A program made the translations under genes and the position numbers. Below, one piece after another: positions 36,975-46,154 of a stretch of 64,000 nucleotides of DNA (its first letter is position 1; each line of letters opens with the position of its first letter). This stretch comes from Polyangia bacterium. Lineage in GTDB: Bacteria; Myxococcota_A; Polyangia; Fen-1088. A model generated the notes under the pieces. It had not been told where the DNA came from and did no database searches. It saw only the letters and a program-made list of their open reading frames with translations. The stretch covers positions 5,986 to 69,985 of the forward strand of contig DASZUD010000231.1 in NCBI GenBank assembly GCA_035548155.1, read 5' to 3'.

Positions 36975-38672
36975 CTACGGAGTGACCGCGGGAGCGGCCT
37001 CGGGAGCCGCGGCCGGCGCCGCCGCCTCGCCCGTCGCCGGCGCGCCCTCGGGCGCGTTGCGCGCGCACTTGTTGGCGATGCGGACGCGGTAATAGCCGAG
37101 CTCGTCGCGCCAGTACTCGCCCGTGAACGGCCACATCTGGTGCTCGTCGTCGACGCGGATCTCCTCGGAGCGCTTGCCACCGCCGCCCTGCACGATCTGC
37201 TGCTCCTGGATGACCTCCTGCTCGAGGGCGCCCTTCTGGCCCTGCAGGATTTCGTACTCGATCTTGATCACGCGCTTGATGAGCTGCGCGAGCTCGTCCG
37301 TGAGGCGGATGATGCGGCGGCGCGCCAGATCACCGGCCTCGTTCACCGCGAGCGACCGCTGCAGCGTCAGGTCGGCGAAGACCGTTTGCGCGATGTTCGT
37401 CGACTTCCAGGCCGGCTCGGCCTTGTCGTGCTGCTTGAGCTCGCGATCGAGCTCGTCGACGTACTGGAAGCGCTTGACGAGGCTCATGTCCCCGAGGACG
37501 CCGCGCGCAGCGCGCTCGACCTGCTCCGGCAGGCCCGACGTGCCCTTGCGGATCTTGACGGCCGTCTCGTAGAGCGCGGCGTTGTCCGTCTCCGACATCA
37601 CGAGCTTCTTGAGCTCGGTGAAGACCTGGGGATAGACGGCGTTGAACTCGTCGATTGATTCCTCGGCGCGATCGTAGAGGCAGTTATAGAAGTAGATCGT
37701 CGCCTTGACCGAGAGGCCCTCGGCCACCGACTCGGGCTTGATCGTGTTCTCGAAGTACGGCGCCTGGATCGTGTGGATGTTGCCGAGCGCCTTCGAGTAG
37801 CCCTTCTGCTTGAGCATGAAGTTCGCCCACGACGACTCGAAGAGGCTGTTCGCCCAGTCGTAAGAATCAGGCGAGACCTTGTCGAAGTACTTCGCGGCCA
37901 GCTCGAACTGGCCCGTCGAGTAGAACGTGCGCGCGAGCGACAGGTTCGCGAGATCCTCGAACGGCTTGATCTCGGGCTTCGTGCTCTCGGCCGAGGCGCG
38001 GAGGACCTCCTTGAACGAGTCGACGGCGGGCTTCGCCTGGTACTCGCGGACGTGCGTCGCGCCCTCGAACAGCTTCGCCTGGACGTAGAACTCGCTCGAG
38101 GTCGGCACGGCGCCGAACAGCTCGACGGCCTCCTTGAAGCTGCCCTTCTGATAGTAGTACTTGCCGAGCAGGAAGTAGAGCTCGTCCTTCACCTGCTCGA
38201 GCGCGGGCTGATCGAGCTCCGCGCGGTTGTACTTACCGATCTTCTCGAGGATGCCCGTCGAGTCGGGGAGCTTGCGCGACAGCGACGCGAGCCACTTCAG
38301 CGTCGCGTTGTAGTAGGCGTGCGACGGGCCCTTCTGGACGATGCGGTCGAAGTACGACAGCGACGCCGAGTAGAACTTCATGTTGTAGAGGGCCTTGCCC
38401 ATCCAGAACTCGGCCTTCTGCTTGTTCGCCTCGGTGTCGCCGGACTCGCCTTCGACGACCTTGTTGAGCTCGATCGAGGCGGAGTAATAGTCCTCGCCAT
38501 CGTAGAGCTTGAACGCGCGCTCGAGGACCTTCGACGGCTGATCGCCCGTGGGCGCAGCCTCCGGTTGGAAGTCCTTCGAGGGAGCCGTCTTCTTTTTCTT
38601 CGCCAGCGCCACCTGCGTGGAGAGGCAAAGGGACGTCATGAGGACGATGCCGACTGCGCGCTTTCGGCTCAT
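36975..38672 (-). CDS. Secreted helical-repeat (TPR-like) protein of 565 aa, encoded first in the Glt-like cluster.
   Basis: A signal peptide MSRKRAVGIVLMTSLCLSTQVALA is present. The body is Tyr/Leu-rich helical repeats. It lies 58 nt upstream of the AgmU-like gene on the same strand. Confidence 0.75.
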   Translation of the reverse strand: MSRKRAVGIVLMTSLCLSTQVALAKKKKTAPSKDFQPEAAPTGDQPSKVLERAFKLYDGEDYYSASIELNKVVEGESGDTEANKQKAEFWMGKALYNMKFYSASLSYFDRIVQKGPSHAYYNATLKWLASLSRKLPDSTGILEKIGKYNRAELDQPALEQVKDELYFLLGKYYYQKGSFKEAVELFGAVPTSSEFYVQAKLFEGATHVREYQAKPAVDSFKEVLRASAESTKPEIKPFEDLANLSLARTFYSTGQFELAAKYFDKVSPDSYDWANSLFESSWANFMLKQKGYSKALGNIHTIQAPYFENTIKPESVAEGLSVKATIYFYNCLYDRAEESIDEFNAVYPQVFTELKKLVMSETDNAALYETAVKIRKGTSGLPEQVERAARGVLGDMSLVKRFQYVDELDRELKQHDKAEPAWKSTNIAQTVFADLTLQRSLAVNEAGDLARRRIIRLTDELAQLIKRVIKIEYEILQGQKGALEQEVIQEQQIVQGGGGKRSEEIRVDDEHQMWPFTGEYWRDELGYYRVRIANKCARNAPEGAPATGEAAAPAAAPEAAPAVTP

Positions 38673-38857
38673 ACAGAAACCTCGCTTTGAGTGGCCGATG
38701 GGGGATGGACCCGGGGCGGAATAGCCGTTCGTGATCGGGGATCAGGTCAGGCAGTAAGGCTCTGCAAAGGACGATCAATAGATTCTTGGGGGACGTCCTT
38801 TAGTACTCGACGACGCGGTGACAACCCCCTACAGAGGAGTGTGACCGCGTGTAAAAG

Positions 38858-38902
38858 CACACCCTAAAACCGGGCCATGCTCGCAAAGCGCTTTAGGGGT
38901 GT
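38858..38902. promoter_or_regulatory. Long inverted repeat cacaccctaaa[N23]tttaggggtgt with an internal palindrome aaagcgcttt, in the divergent intergenic region upstream of the Glt-like cluster.
   Basis: It is seen in the sequence, 190-230 nt upstream of the 38672 start on the minus strand and 290 nt upstream of the plus-strand lipoprotein gene. Confidence 0.35.
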
Positions 38903-39189
38903 CAAGCGTGGAGTGACTCCGCTCGAGCGCTAATTCAGCCTTGAAAAATCGAGAGATCGAGCGACGGAAACGGACGGATGCGGACACGGATCGGCATCCC
39001 AAGGAAGCCTTGACAGGTATGGTCGGGTGGGTAACATGGCGCGGCCTCACGCCCCCGGCACAAACCAGCCGCGAAGCCCGAGTCGATTGCGAGCCGAACT
39101 TGTTTCAGAAGTCGTTTGAGTCGTCTCGCGGGAAGTTCCCAATCGACCGGCGGCGCGAAACGTCTCTCCCCCATGGGCAAGGAGCTCTC

Positions 39190-39669
39190 ATGACGTTGTC
39201 CCCCCGTTTTCTCTCGAAGCTCGCGGCGTTCGGTCCCTTCGCGCTCGCCGTCGTATTGGGGGGGGCGTTGATGACGAGCGGCTGCGAGGACAAGCACATC
39301 GGGCGCGTCTGCTCGCTCGACGTCCCCGACGCCAGCGTGTCTCAGACGGGCACGACCGCGACGTTCAACGGCCAGGCCGTCGAGTGCCCGACCCGCATCT
39401 GCGTCCTGCCGGCCGCCGAGAAGACCACGAACACGACCGCGCTGTGCTCGGCCTTCTGCTCGTCGGACGACGACTGCGACGGCGAGACCGGCAGCTCGAG
39501 CAGCACGCAGTGCAAGTCGGGCTTTGCGTGCGTCTACCCGACGACCGTCGGGTCCTTCTGCTGCCAGAAGATGTGCATCTGCAAAGACTTCATCGACACG
39601 ACGAGCAAGACGTTCCACGACAAGCCGGCCGCGTGCAACGCGCCGTCGACTTGCCAGAACGTGCACTGA
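39190..39669 (+). CDS. Cys-rich lipoprotein (159 aa).
   Basis: An AAGGAG Shine-Dalgarno sits 7 nt before ATG 39190. The start MTLSPRFLSKLAAFGPFALAVVLGGALMTSGC carries a lipobox. The mature protein contains 16 Cys. The track ORF starts earlier at 38941. Confidence 0.6.
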   Translation: MTLSPRFLSKLAAFGPFALAVVLGGALMTSGCEDKHIGRVCSLDVPDASVSQTGTTATFNGQAVECPTRICVLPAAEKTTNTTALCSAFCSSDDDCDGETGSSSSTQCKSGFACVYPTTVGSFCCQKMCICKDFIDTTSKTFHDKPAACNAPSTCQNVH

Positions 39670-39737
39670 CAGCTCGCTGCGCGGGAGGGGCTTCGCCGTC
39701 TCGCGGGCCCTTCCCCAAGTCCCCCCTGAGGTGAGCC

Positions 39738-39769
39738 GGGCCAGAGAGGCTGGCCCTCGCCGTTCTTGG
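39738..39769 (+). terminator. Candidate intrinsic terminator gggccag-agagg-ctggccc followed by TCGCCGTTCTTGG.
   Basis: It lies 69 nt downstream of the lipoprotein stop at 39669. It has a 7-bp GC stem and a moderately T-rich tail. Confidence 0.35.
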
Positions 39770-39842
39770 ACGCGCTCGCTGCGCGCGCTCCGACGGCCGC
39801 GACTTGCCGCGCGCTGTTCACGACGCGCGCGCTGGTGCTGAC

Positions 39843-39900
39843 GGAGACCGTTCGCGCGAACCGCTTTCGGTCTCCCTCTCCCCGGTGGGCGGGGAGAGGG
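39843..39900. terminator. Two adjacent strong hairpins between convergent genes. They are ggagaccg[ttcgcgcgaa ccgcttt]cggtctcc and ccctctcccc[ggtgggc]ggggagaggg.
   Basis: Perfect 8-bp and 10-bp inverted repeats are seen in the sequence. They lie between the lipoprotein (plus) and the YciI-like gene (minus, stop at 39925). Confidence 0.35.
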
Positions 39901-39924
39901 TCGGGACGTGAGGGGCGTGGGTGA

Positions 39925-40278
39925 CTACTGCGGGCCCGGCACGTAGATCTGGTGCAGCTCGCAGGTGCCTTCGCCGGCGACGGCGAGGAAGCGCCGGGAG
40001 AGCTCGATCACGGCCTCGCGCGAGGGAGCCTCGAGGATGGCGTAGCCGCCGAGGACCTCTTTGGCCTCGGCGAAGGGGCCGTCGACGACGGAGACCTTGC
40101 CCTGCGTCGACTTCACGATGAAGCCGTCGTGGCCGGAGTGCACGCCCTCGGTGGCGATGAGCCAACCCTCCTTCATGCCCTCCTCGACCAGCTTCGTCAT
40201 CTTGGCAATCATCTCGGGGTTGGGACCGCCGGTGTGAGACGGATCGGACGGGTGCGTGTAGATGCTGATGAATCGCAT
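39925..40278 (-). CDS. YciI-like (DGPF/YCII-related) small protein.
   Basis: The 117-aa protein starts at MRFISIYTHP. An AAGGAG Shine-Dalgarno lies upstream. The dimeric alpha+beta-barrel family pattern is present. Confidence 0.7.
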   Translation of the reverse strand: MRFISIYTHPSDPSHTGGPNPEMIAKMTKLVEEGMKEGWLIATEGVHSGHDGFIVKSTQGKVSVVDGPFAEAKEVLGGYAILEAPSREAVIELSRRFLAVAGEGTCELHQIYVPGPQ

Positions 40279-40348
40279 GGTGGAATCTCCTTTCTGAAGA
40301 GACGACGAACCACCCCCTGGCGAATCGACACGCCGGTCGCCTTTTCGC

Positions 40349-40780
40349 TCAGGCGACCTCGAAGGCGTTCGGCAGGTGCTCGACGACCGGCGCGGCGCGG
40401 CCCTCGGGATCGAAGATGACACCCACGACGTCGAAACGGTACCCGGCAACGGGAGGTGCCTTCTCCGCGGCGTCGGCCAGCTCGGACAGGTAGAGGCGCG
40501 CCGTGCGAATCACCTGGGCGCGCTTGTGCGGCGTGATCGACTCCAGCGGGTGGCCGAGGGTGTCGCCCGTCCGCGAACGCACCTCGACGAAGACGCACGT
40601 ACCCGCGTCGTCGGCGACGATGTCGAGCTCGCCCTCGGGGCGCCGCCAGTTTCGCGCGACGATGCGCATCCCGGCCGCCTCGAGGTGGGCGGCGGCGAGC
40701 TCCTCGGCTCGCTGGCCCGTGCTCGGGCGCGCGGCGAGCCGACCTGAAGCGCCCGGTCTATCCGAGCGCCAGGAGGACAC
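40349..40780 (-). CDS. YraN-family (UPF0102) predicted endonuclease.
   Basis: The motif GELDIVADD and a conserved acidic core are present. It has the usual position next to the rplS operon. Confidence 0.7.
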   Translation of the reverse strand: MSSWRSDRPGASGRLAARPSTGQRAEELAAAHLEAAGMRIVARNWRRPEGELDIVADDAGTCVFVEVRSRTGDTLGHPLESITPHKRAQVIRTARLYLSELADAAEKAPPVAGYRFDVVGVIFDPEGRAAPVVEHLPNAFEVA

Positions 40781-40813
40781 GGGAGGCTCCCCGAGGTGAG
40801 AAACGCGAGCGGC

Positions 40814-41221
40814 TTACGAAGCCGGCGCCGCGGCGGGCGCGGGAGCGGCAACCTCGTCCGAGGTGACCTTCTCCTTCTCGCCCTTGATGCGGGCCGCCTT
40901 GCCCTGCAGATCCCGCAGGTAGTTGAGGCGGGCGCGACGGACGTGACCCTTGGTCACGATCTCGATCTTCTCGATGCGCGACGTGTGCAGCGGGAAGATG
41001 CGCTCGACGCCGACGCCGTAGGAGATCTTGCGAACGGTGAACGACGCGCGCGACCCGCCACGGTGCTGGCCGATCACGACGCCCTCGAACACCTGCACGC
41101 GCTCCTTGTCGCCTTCCTTGATCAGCGTGTGAACGCGAACGCTGTCACCCGAACGAAACTCCGGGATGTCCTTGCGCCGATTGGCGCTCTCGATCTCACG
41201 CAGGAGGGCATGCTGGCTCAT
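40814..41221 (-). CDS. rplS: 50S ribosomal protein L19.
   Basis: The 135-aa basic protein carries an L19-like sequence ([29 protein letters not shown]). Its context downstream of trmD matches. Confidence 0.9.
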   Translation of the reverse strand: MSQHALLREIESANRRKDIPEFRSGDSVRVHTLIKEGDKERVQVFEGVVIGQHRGGSRASFTVRKISYGVGVERIFPLHTSRIEKIEIVTKGHVRRARLNYLRDLQGKAARIKGEKEKVTSDEVAAPAPAAAPAS

Positions 41222-41344
41222 CGAAAACCTTCTCTCCGAAAGGGCCGTTATAACTAGTCGGACTCCCGCCCCGAGTCAAGGGCCCGGGTCAGGAAACCGC
41301 GATCGTCCCGCCCGGAGTCTTCGCGCGTCGCGGCGCCCGGCGTC

Positions 41345-42124
41345 TCACTTTTCGCCTGAACCTTCGTCTGAACCTTCGTCGAGCAGCCGCTGTTCGTCGG
41401 GCGAAAGCGGGTGCGCCGCCAGGAGGTCGGGGCGGCGCTCCAGCGTGCGGCGCAGCGATTCGCGTCGGCGCCAGCGCGCGACGGCCGCGTGATCGCCCGA
41501 GGAGAGGATCTCGGGAACCGCGTGGCCGTTCCACACGGGCGGGCGCGTCCACTGCGGGTACTCGAGGCGCGCCGCCGAGAACGATTCGTCCTCGGTCGAC
41601 ATCCCGCAGCCGAGCACGCCCGGCACGAGGCGCGCGACGGCCTCGACGACGCACGCCGCGGCGAGCTCGCCGCCCGCGAGCACGAAGTCACCCACGCTGA
41701 GCTGCTCGTGGCACAGCACCGAGCCGACGCGCTCGTCGACGCCCTCGTACCGGCCGCAGACGAGCAAGAGGCGCGGCATCGCGGCCAGCTCGCCCGCCCG
41801 CCGCTGGTCGAACGGCCGGCCCTGCGGCGTCAGCAGGATGCGGTGCGCAGGACCGCGCGCCGCCTCGATGGCCTCGATGGCCGCCGCGATGGGCTCGACG
41901 CGCATGATCATGCCGGGACCGCCGCCGTACGGCGTGTCGTCGACCTGGCGGTGACGGCCGGGCGCGAAGTCGCGCGGACTCGTGCGGTGCGCCGAGACCA
42001 GACCGGCGGCCATCGCCTTCCCGACCAGCGTCGCGCTGAGGAGACCGTCGAAGATCTCCGGGAACAACGTCACCAGCTCGAACTCGACGGCAGGCCGCTC
42101 CATCGCGGGACTAGCTTCAGTCAT
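41345..42124 (-). CDS. trmD: tRNA (guanine37-N1)-methyltransferase.
   Basis: The SPOUT motif YGGGPGM is present, with LTPQGRPFDQ. An alternative start lies at MERP (42103). Confidence 0.9.
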   Translation of the reverse strand: MTEASPAMERPAVEFELVTLFPEIFDGLLSATLVGKAMAAGLVSAHRTSPRDFAPGRHRQVDDTPYGGGPGMIMRVEPIAAAIEAIEAARGPAHRILLTPQGRPFDQRRAGELAAMPRLLLVCGRYEGVDERVGSVLCHEQLSVGDFVLAGGELAAACVVEAVARLVPGVLGCGMSTEDESFSAARLEYPQWTRPPVWNGHAVPEILSSGDHAAVARWRRRESLRRTLERRPDLLAAHPLSPDEQRLLDEGSDEGSGEK

Positions 42125-42650
42125 CGCTTTCCAAGCTCTCCCACGACACGACGACCTTGCGACCCGCCACGTCCATGGTCACGACGAACGCGGGGACCAG
42201 CGGGATGAGCTCTTCGGCGGGCGGCTCGCCCGCACCGCGCACGATCATGACGTCCTGCGCACCATTCCAGAACGTCGACTCGACGACGCCGAGCTCGCGG
42301 CCGCTCTCGTGCAGCACGCGACACCCCACGACGTCCTCGACGTAGAACTCGCCCGGGCCCAGCGGCGGCAGCGCCGAACGACGCGCGCGCACCTCGGCCA
42401 GCGTGAGCGCGGCGGCCGCCTCACGGCTGTCGACGCCCGCGAAGCGCACCAGGGCGCCGCCCTGCGCAGGCTTGAGCGTGACGACGGTGTACGCCTTCGT
42501 GACGCCGTCCTTGACCAGCAGGAGCTCGCGCAGCCCCTCGAAGGGGCGACCGTGCTGGTTGTGCGGGCGCAGCCACAGCTCACCGTGGACGCCGTGGGGC
42601 TTCCCGACGACGCCCAGCACGACCATCTCGGGGTCGTAGGCGCGCGTCAC
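42117..42650 (-). CDS. rimM: Ribosome maturation factor RimM.
   Basis: The segment GKPHGVHGELWLRPH and a PRC-barrel C-terminus are present. It sits between the KH gene and trmD. Confidence 0.85.
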   Translation of the reverse strand: MTRAYDPEMVVLGVVGKPHGVHGELWLRPHNQHGRPFEGLRELLLVKDGVTKAYTVVTLKPAQGGALVRFAGVDSREAAAALTLAEVRARRSALPPLGPGEFYVEDVVGCRVLHESGRELGVVESTFWNGAQDVMIVRGAGEPPAEELIPLVPAFVVTMDVAGRKVVVSWESLESDD

Positions 42651-42697
42651 GGACGACCCTCCGCGCTATTCCAAAGCCCGCGGCGCAGCCGCAGGCC

Positions 42698-42991
42698 TTA
42701 CTCCAAGATCTCGAGAATGACGCGGCGGCCGCTCTTCGCAGAGGCGGCCGACAGGATCGTGCGCAGGGCCTTCGCGGTCCGGCCCTGTTTGCCGATCACC
42801 TTCCCGAGGTCCTCTTCGGCGACCTTGAGCTCGAAGACGAGGGCGTCCGGCTCCTCGATCTCCTCGACCTCGACCTGCTCGGGGTGATCGACGAGGCCGC
42901 GCGCGAGGTAGTCGACGAGATCGCGCAGCGACGAGTCCCAAACGCTGGACGAATCGTCCTTGCGTCGGCCCTTCTCGACGGCGTCGCTCAT
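42698..42991 (-). CDS. KH-domain RNA-binding protein (UPF0109/YlqC-like).
   Basis: The segment LGKVIGKQGRTAKALRTI contains a GxxG KH loop. Length is 97 aa. It has the classic position between rpsP and rimM. Confidence 0.75.
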   Translation of the reverse strand: MSDAVEKGRRKDDSSSVWDSSLRDLVDYLARGLVDHPEQVEVEEIEEPDALVFELKVAEEDLGKVIGKQGRTAKALRTILSAASAKSGRRVILEILE

Positions 42992-43008
42992 AGACGTTCG
43001 ACGCCGGG

Positions 43009-43266
43009 CTACGAGGCCTTGGGAGCGTTGCGCTTCTGGCGGCGAAGGAGCTCGCCGACCGTCTGGCTGGGGAGCGCGCCCATCTTGAGCCAGTGCGCGA
43101 CGCGCTCTTCGTCGACGCGGAACTCGACCGGATCGCGAAGCGGATCGTAAACGCCGATCTGCTCGATGAAACGGCCGTCGCGCGGGCTGCGGCTGTCGGT
43201 GGCCACCACGCGGTAGAAAGGCACCTTCTTGCTGCCGGCCCGGGTCAGTCTGATCGTCACGGACAT
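43009..43266 (-). CDS. rpsP: 30S ribosomal protein S16.
   Basis: The start [42 protein letters not shown] matches S16. The track ORF extends 44 codons upstream to 43398. Confidence 0.85.
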   Translation of the reverse strand: MSVTIRLTRAGSKKVPFYRVVATDSRSPRDGRFIEQIGVYDPLRDPVEFRVDEERVAHWLKMGALPSQTVGELLRRQKRNAPKAS

Positions 43267-43413
43267 AGTGTTTCCCTCGAAAAACGAGTCGCGAAAGCTA
43301 CCCGCGCCCCGGCGAGCTGTCAAGCTGCAAGCAAGTCGCGAGTCGCGGGCCGGGCGGCCAGTGACGCCGGCTTCGCCTGTCGGGGGCCCGTCTGACATGA
43401 TGCCGGCGCACGA

Positions 43414-45102
43414 ATGAGCTCGTCACACCCTTCCCGGTTCACGCTCTTGACCGCCGTCCTCCTTGCAGCGGGCGGCCTGATCGCGCTGGCGGCGCGCGGC
43501 ACGGCCGCCGCAGCCAAGGCAGGTTCCGCGAGCGAGCGTCGCTTCACCTTCTTTTACACGGCCGAGGCACACGGCGTCCTCGAGCCCTGCGGCTGCACGA
43601 GTGACCCGCTCGGCGACCTCGCGCGGTACGCGTCGGTCGTGCAGGCGGCGCGCAAGCAAGCGGGTGACGTGCTGCTCGTCGACGCGGGCGGGCTGTCGTA
43701 TCCCGAAGGTGGTGCGTCTCCGCGCGAGCGCGCCGGCAACGACCTGCGCGCGCGATTCCTAGCGGCCCAGCTGGGCAAGCTGGGGCTCGCCGCGACGGGC
43801 CTCGCGGACACGGATCTCGCGGCGGGCCCTTCGGCGGTACAACCGCCGCGGCTCGCGGCGAACCTGCCGGGCGCGCCGGAGCTCAAGCCGGCGGCGTCCG
43901 TGCTGCGCGCCGTGAACGGCGTGCGCGTCGGCGTCGTGGGCGTCGTGGATCCGGCCGTCGCGTCGAGCCTGAGCGTCAAGGCGGAGGATCCCGTCGTGGC
44001 GGCGCGGCGCGAGGCGGCCCGCCTGCGCCAGGCCGGCGCCGAGATCGTGATCGCGCTCGCGCCCGTCGACCGGCCGGTCGCGCGCCGGCTCGCGCGCGAC
44101 GCAGGCGTCGACTTCGTCGTGCTGGGACGCCAGGTGGGCGCCGGCTCGCCGCGCGCGGACGCCGTGGGCAGCGCGTTCATTCTCACTCCCGCCGACGAGC
44201 TGCAGAAGGTCGGGCGCGTCGACGTCGTCCTGCGCGGCGGACAGATCGTCGACGCGGGCGGCGCCGACGCGAACGAGCTGCGCAAGCTGGAGCTCGCGCG
44301 TGACCTCACGCGCATCGACGGCGAGCTGGCCGCGTGGTCGAAGCCGGGCGGCGGCGCGGGCGCCGACCCCAACTTCGTCGCCGCGAAGAAGAAGGAGCGT
44401 GACACGCTGGCGGCCGAGCGCGACAAGCTGAGCGCCGCGGCCTGGGCGCCGCCGGCGGCGGGTTCCTACTTCACCAACCGACTCGTCCCGCTGTCGCGCA
44501 GCCTGCCGAGAGACGCGGCGATCGCGTCGGCGATGCGCGCGCTCGACGCGCAGATCGGCAAGGTGAACCTGCGCGAGGCCGCGCCGCCGACGCCCGCCGA
44601 GCCGGGACGGCCTTTCTACGTCGGCATGGACAAGTGCGCCTCGTGCCACAAGCCGGCCGTCGCCTACTGGCGCACGACGGTGCACGCGCACGCGTGGAAA
44701 TCACTCACGGACGTGGGCAAGCAGGCCGACTACAAGTGCGTGAGCTGCCACGTCACGGGCTATGGCCAGGTGGGCGGCACGAGCCTCGGCCACACGCAGC
44801 ACTTCGAGAACGTCCAGTGCGAGAACTGCCACGGCCCCGGGTCGGACCACGTGGCGGGCAAGGGCCTCGAGGACCCGCCCGCGATCCAGCGGCAGGTGCC
44901 CTCGCCCGTTTGCACGAACTGCCACAACGAGCACCACTCCGACACGTTCAATTACAACGCCTACCTGCGCGACATCCTGGGCCCCGGCCACGGCGCGAAG
45001 GCCCGGGCCACGCTGGGCGACGGGCCGACGGGCCGGTCGCTGCGCTCGGCCGCCCTCTCGCGCGCGAAGGCGGCCGGCAAGGCGAGCCTGTCGAAGCTCT
45101 AG
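43414..45102 (+). CDS. Periplasmic fusion protein: an N-terminal ~430-aa uncharacterised domain fused to a C-terminal tetraheme cytochrome c.
   Basis: A signal peptide is present. Four CxxCH haem-binding motifs occur in the last 110 aa: CASCH, CVSCH, CENCH and CTNCH. Confidence 0.7.
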   Translation: MSSSHPSRFTLLTAVLLAAGGLIALAARGTAAAAKAGSASERRFTFFYTAEAHGVLEPCGCTSDPLGDLARYASVVQAARKQAGDVLLVDAGGLSYPEGGASPRERAGNDLRARFLAAQLGKLGLAATGLADTDLAAGPSAVQPPRLAANLPGAPELKPAASVLRAVNGVRVGVVGVVDPAVASSLSVKAEDPVVAARREAARLRQAGAEIVIALAPVDRPVARRLARDAGVDFVVLGRQVGAGSPRADAVGSAFILTPADELQKVGRVDVVLRGGQIVDAGGADANELRKLELARDLTRIDGELAAWSKPGGGAGADPNFVAAKKKERDTLAAERDKLSAAAWAPPAAGSYFTNRLVPLSRSLPRDAAIASAMRALDAQIGKVNLREAAPPTPAEPGRPFYVGMDKCASCHKPAVAYWRTTVHAHAWKSLTDVGKQADYKCVSCHVTGYGQVGGTSLGHTQHFENVQCENCHGPGSDHVAGKGLEDPPAIQRQVPSPVCTNCHNEHHSDTFNYNAYLRDILGPGHGAKARATLGDGPTGRSLRSAALSRAKAAGKASLSKL

Positions 45103-45103
45103 G

Positions 45104-46099
45104 CTAGGTCGCTAACGCCCCCGTGAGCAGCTGATCGAGCAGCGAGGGCTCGATGTTGCCGCCGCTCACGACGACGACGGTGCGCCGCCCGCGCACGGGC
45201 GAGGCGTCCTCGAGCAGCGCGGCGAGCGGCACGGCGGCCGAGGCCTCGCAGATCGTGCCGAGCGTCCGGTACGCGTAGGTGACCGCGCGGCGAATCGCGA
45301 CCTCGCTGACGAGCGCGATCTCGGGGCAGTAGTCGCTCGCCATGCGGAAGGTCCGCTCGCTCACCGGGCCCTCGAGCCCCTCGGCCAACGTCGCGCCGCC
45401 CTCGTAGGTCGTGAAGGGGCGACCTTCGTCGAGCGAGCGGCGCATCGCGCAGCTCGCCTCGGGCGAGGCGCCGAAGAGCTTGATGCCGCGCGGGACCACC
45501 TCGACGCCCACGCCGCCGGCGAGGCCGCCGCCACCGACGGGCACGACGATCGCCTGCACGTCGGGGAGCTGCGCCAGGATCTCGCGCGCGAGCAAGCCGC
45601 CGTTGCCGGCGATCACGTGGTCGTCGTCGAAAGGTGACACGAAGACGACGTCGGCGGCCTCGGCGGCGCGACGCGCGGCGGCCTCGGCCTCGGCGTAGGT
45701 CGCGCCTGCGATCTCGACCTTGGCGCCCAGCGCGGCGATGCCGGCGCGCTTCACCTCCGGCGTCGGTGCCGGCACGAACACCGTGGCGGCGAGGCCGAAC
45801 GATCGGGCGGCGAGCGCGATGCCCAGGCCGTGGTTGCCGGCCGACGCCGCGACGACGCGCTTCGGCGTGCCGCCCGCGGCCTCGATCGCGAGCGCGGCCA
45901 GGCGCGCCGCGGCGCCGCGCAGCTTGAACGAGCCCGTGCGCTGCAGGTTCTCGAGCTTGAGCCACACGTCGGCGCCCGTGCGGCGGCCCAGCGCCGGCGC
46001 GGGCACGAGCGGCGTCACGCGCGCGAGGCGGCGCACGCGCTCGGCGACCGCGCCGCCCGTCACCTCACGCCAGATCTCGGGATCGAACAGCCGCTCCAT
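45104..46099 (-). CDS. PLP-dependent threonine/serine dehydratase-like enzyme (tryptophan-synthase-beta fold).
   Basis: The Lys-containing segment SFKLRGAA and the glycine loop GGGGLAGG are present. The start is chosen at MERLF (46099) to avoid a 5' overlap with divergent nadA. The track ORF extends to 46186. Confidence 0.7.
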   Translation of the reverse strand: MERLFDPEIWREVTGGAVAERVRRLARVTPLVPAPALGRRTGADVWLKLENLQRTGSFKLRGAAARLAALAIEAAGGTPKRVVAASAGNHGLGIALAARSFGLAATVFVPAPTPEVKRAGIAALGAKVEIAGATYAEAEAAARRAAEAADVVFVSPFDDDHVIAGNGGLLAREILAQLPDVQAIVVPVGGGGLAGGVGVEVVPRGIKLFGASPEASCAMRRSLDEGRPFTTYEGGATLAEGLEGPVSERTFRMASDYCPEIALVSEVAIRRAVTYAYRTLGTICEASAAVPLAALLEDASPVRGRRTVVVVSGGNIEPSLLDQLLTGALAT

Positions 46100-46154
46100 G
46101 GCGGCGGAAGCTAGCACGTCGACGGCGCGCGCCGGGCGCGGTAAACGATAGGGA

